A DNA stretch of 64,000 bases from Raja brachyura (taxonomy: Eukaryota), in assembly GCA_963514005.1 (NCBI GenBank), contig OY740792.1, positions 16,306,001-16,370,000 on the forward strand, written 5' to 3'. Of this stretch, positions 62,459 through 64,000 are shown piece by piece. Below the pieces are notes generated by a model. The model did not search any database. It saw only the letters and a list, made by a program, of their open reading frames with translations, and was not told the origin of the DNA. A program made the position numbers and the translations under genes. How positions within the stretch are numbered: the first letter of the stretch is position 1; each line of letters starts with the position of its first letter.

Positions 62459-64000
62459 GTATGCTTTTCCTTATTGTACGTATTTTAGACATTGTCTTAA
62501 CTGTGACAAATAAGACAAGGTATTTCTTATTAATGTGTTAATTTTATTCCGCGCTGTATCTCAAAAGTCTAAAGTAAAGTCTAAAGACTGCATCCTATGA
62601 TGATGCCTGAATATAATAGTTTTGCATTTTTTAAATGTAAGAATATGCAATGTTTGATAAACCTAAGTGCAAATAATTATACATTGATAATTATCTTAAG
62701 TTTTCATGGTCATTTTCATGGAACATGTCTAAGACAGTTGGCGGAAGTTGAGAGCTTAAGTTCCAATTACTTCCCACAATGCCACGTGTATGACAGAAAT
62801 GTGATGTTTCTTTTATGGTGTTTGGTTTTAAATTTCTACTGGAGTGGAGCATGATAATTTAACACTTCAAAGCCTCTCCTATGTTGTTTGCATTGGGCAC
62901 ATCTTTTTGTGAGCAGGGAATATATGAAATCTGTTGCATTTTGAATTTTCTCCACAAATCTTCAAAAAATTCATTCTCTAATGAGGTCACCAAGGCAAGA
63001 TATGACAGTATGAACGAGGTTGACATTTAGGGTTCCTGGTAAAACTAGTCGATGTTCATCAAAGTAAAACTAGTCATTTTCATATTTTATAAAAATATGA
63101 AAATATTCTAGTAATTGGAGTCATGCATTGCACAAAGGCAGATGTTTGATTGCAGGACTTCCACACAGCAGAGTTCTAGGCCTAATTAACTTTGGCTGCT
63201 TTGCCAATGACTTTCCATCATAATGTCAAATCTGAAACACTAGCTATCACAGTGTTCAATTCCATTCCATTCACAGTGTTCAACTCCTCTGCACATGAAA
63301 ATGCCCATGCTTGCATGCAGCAAGTCCTCGGCATTTTTCCGGCATAGACTGATAAGTGATAAATGTAGCAGTTGCACCAGAAGCGTATCGTACTATGTGC
63401 AACAAGAGATATTAACAAACACTCCAAGGCATTACTGTCAGCAAGACTCCACCAACAACATTGACCACAGACTTCATTAGATCCACCACATCAATTCTGT
63501 GACTACAAGAACAGAGCAGGGCTGCATTTCCTGAGCTCCCGTTCCAAAAACTTTCCACCATAGGGTAATGGAATATTCTATACTTCCTGGGGTGACTGCA
63601 ACTCCAAGAGCAGTCACAAAGCTCATTGCGATCCAGCACAAAACAGCTCACTTAATTAAAACCCTGTTCGCCAGTGTGTACCATAATGCACTATAATTAC
63701 TTGCCGACTTTAGTCTGATGGCACCCCCACCAAATCTGTGACATTAAGGAACATTTTGGCATTCAGAAACAACATTTTGGTATCAATTTCAAGTTTGACT
63801 ATGCCAACAAGAAAGTGTAATACTCAGCAAGGGAACTGATCAAGAGCAACTTTTCTGGGTGATGCCTTCAATTTTACATGGTATTGTGGTCAAGTGCTGA
63901 CATCTGTCCCTTGTCTGATACTGAGGTTGGAGAATTTTATTTTGGACACAGACCTCAAGCCTAACTCAGTTCAGTGCCTGGAAAGGATTCTGGGTATGGT

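Overview
This is vertebrate nuclear DNA, not prokaryotic. The repeat landscape (HE1-like V-SINEs, HER1/CR1-type LINEs, Rex/Babar LINEs, abundant short Penelope-derived ends) points to a cartilaginous fish, probably a skate or ray; this is inference. The right half holds coding exons 1-14 of PAXBP1 (GCFC1/C21orf66) on the + strand (ATG at 31677). All 13 introns are GT-AG and phase-consistent, giving 2405 coding nt (about 801 codons), and the gene continues past the window. The left half is repeat-rich intergenic DNA. Main observations: (1) a cluster of unproductive-splicing signals around PAXBP1 exon 8, including a +17-nt alternative donor giving SQSILKAKL*, which matches a truncated human isoform as I recall it, and two candidate poison micro-exons; (2) about 15 or more dispersed minimal type-I hammerhead-ribozyme motifs in Penelope-derived repeats; (3) two oppositely oriented ISL2EU/Harbinger-like transposon relics, one ending at the PAXBP1 promoter with an NRF1-like motif, followed by a 30/31-bp minisatellite of CTCF-like motifs; (4) a possible decayed EPCIP/C21orf62-family pseudogene at the syntenic position; (5) a TIR element with an outward-facing perfect splice donor. 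Repeat boundaries are approximate, and all family assignments were made by eye without database searches.
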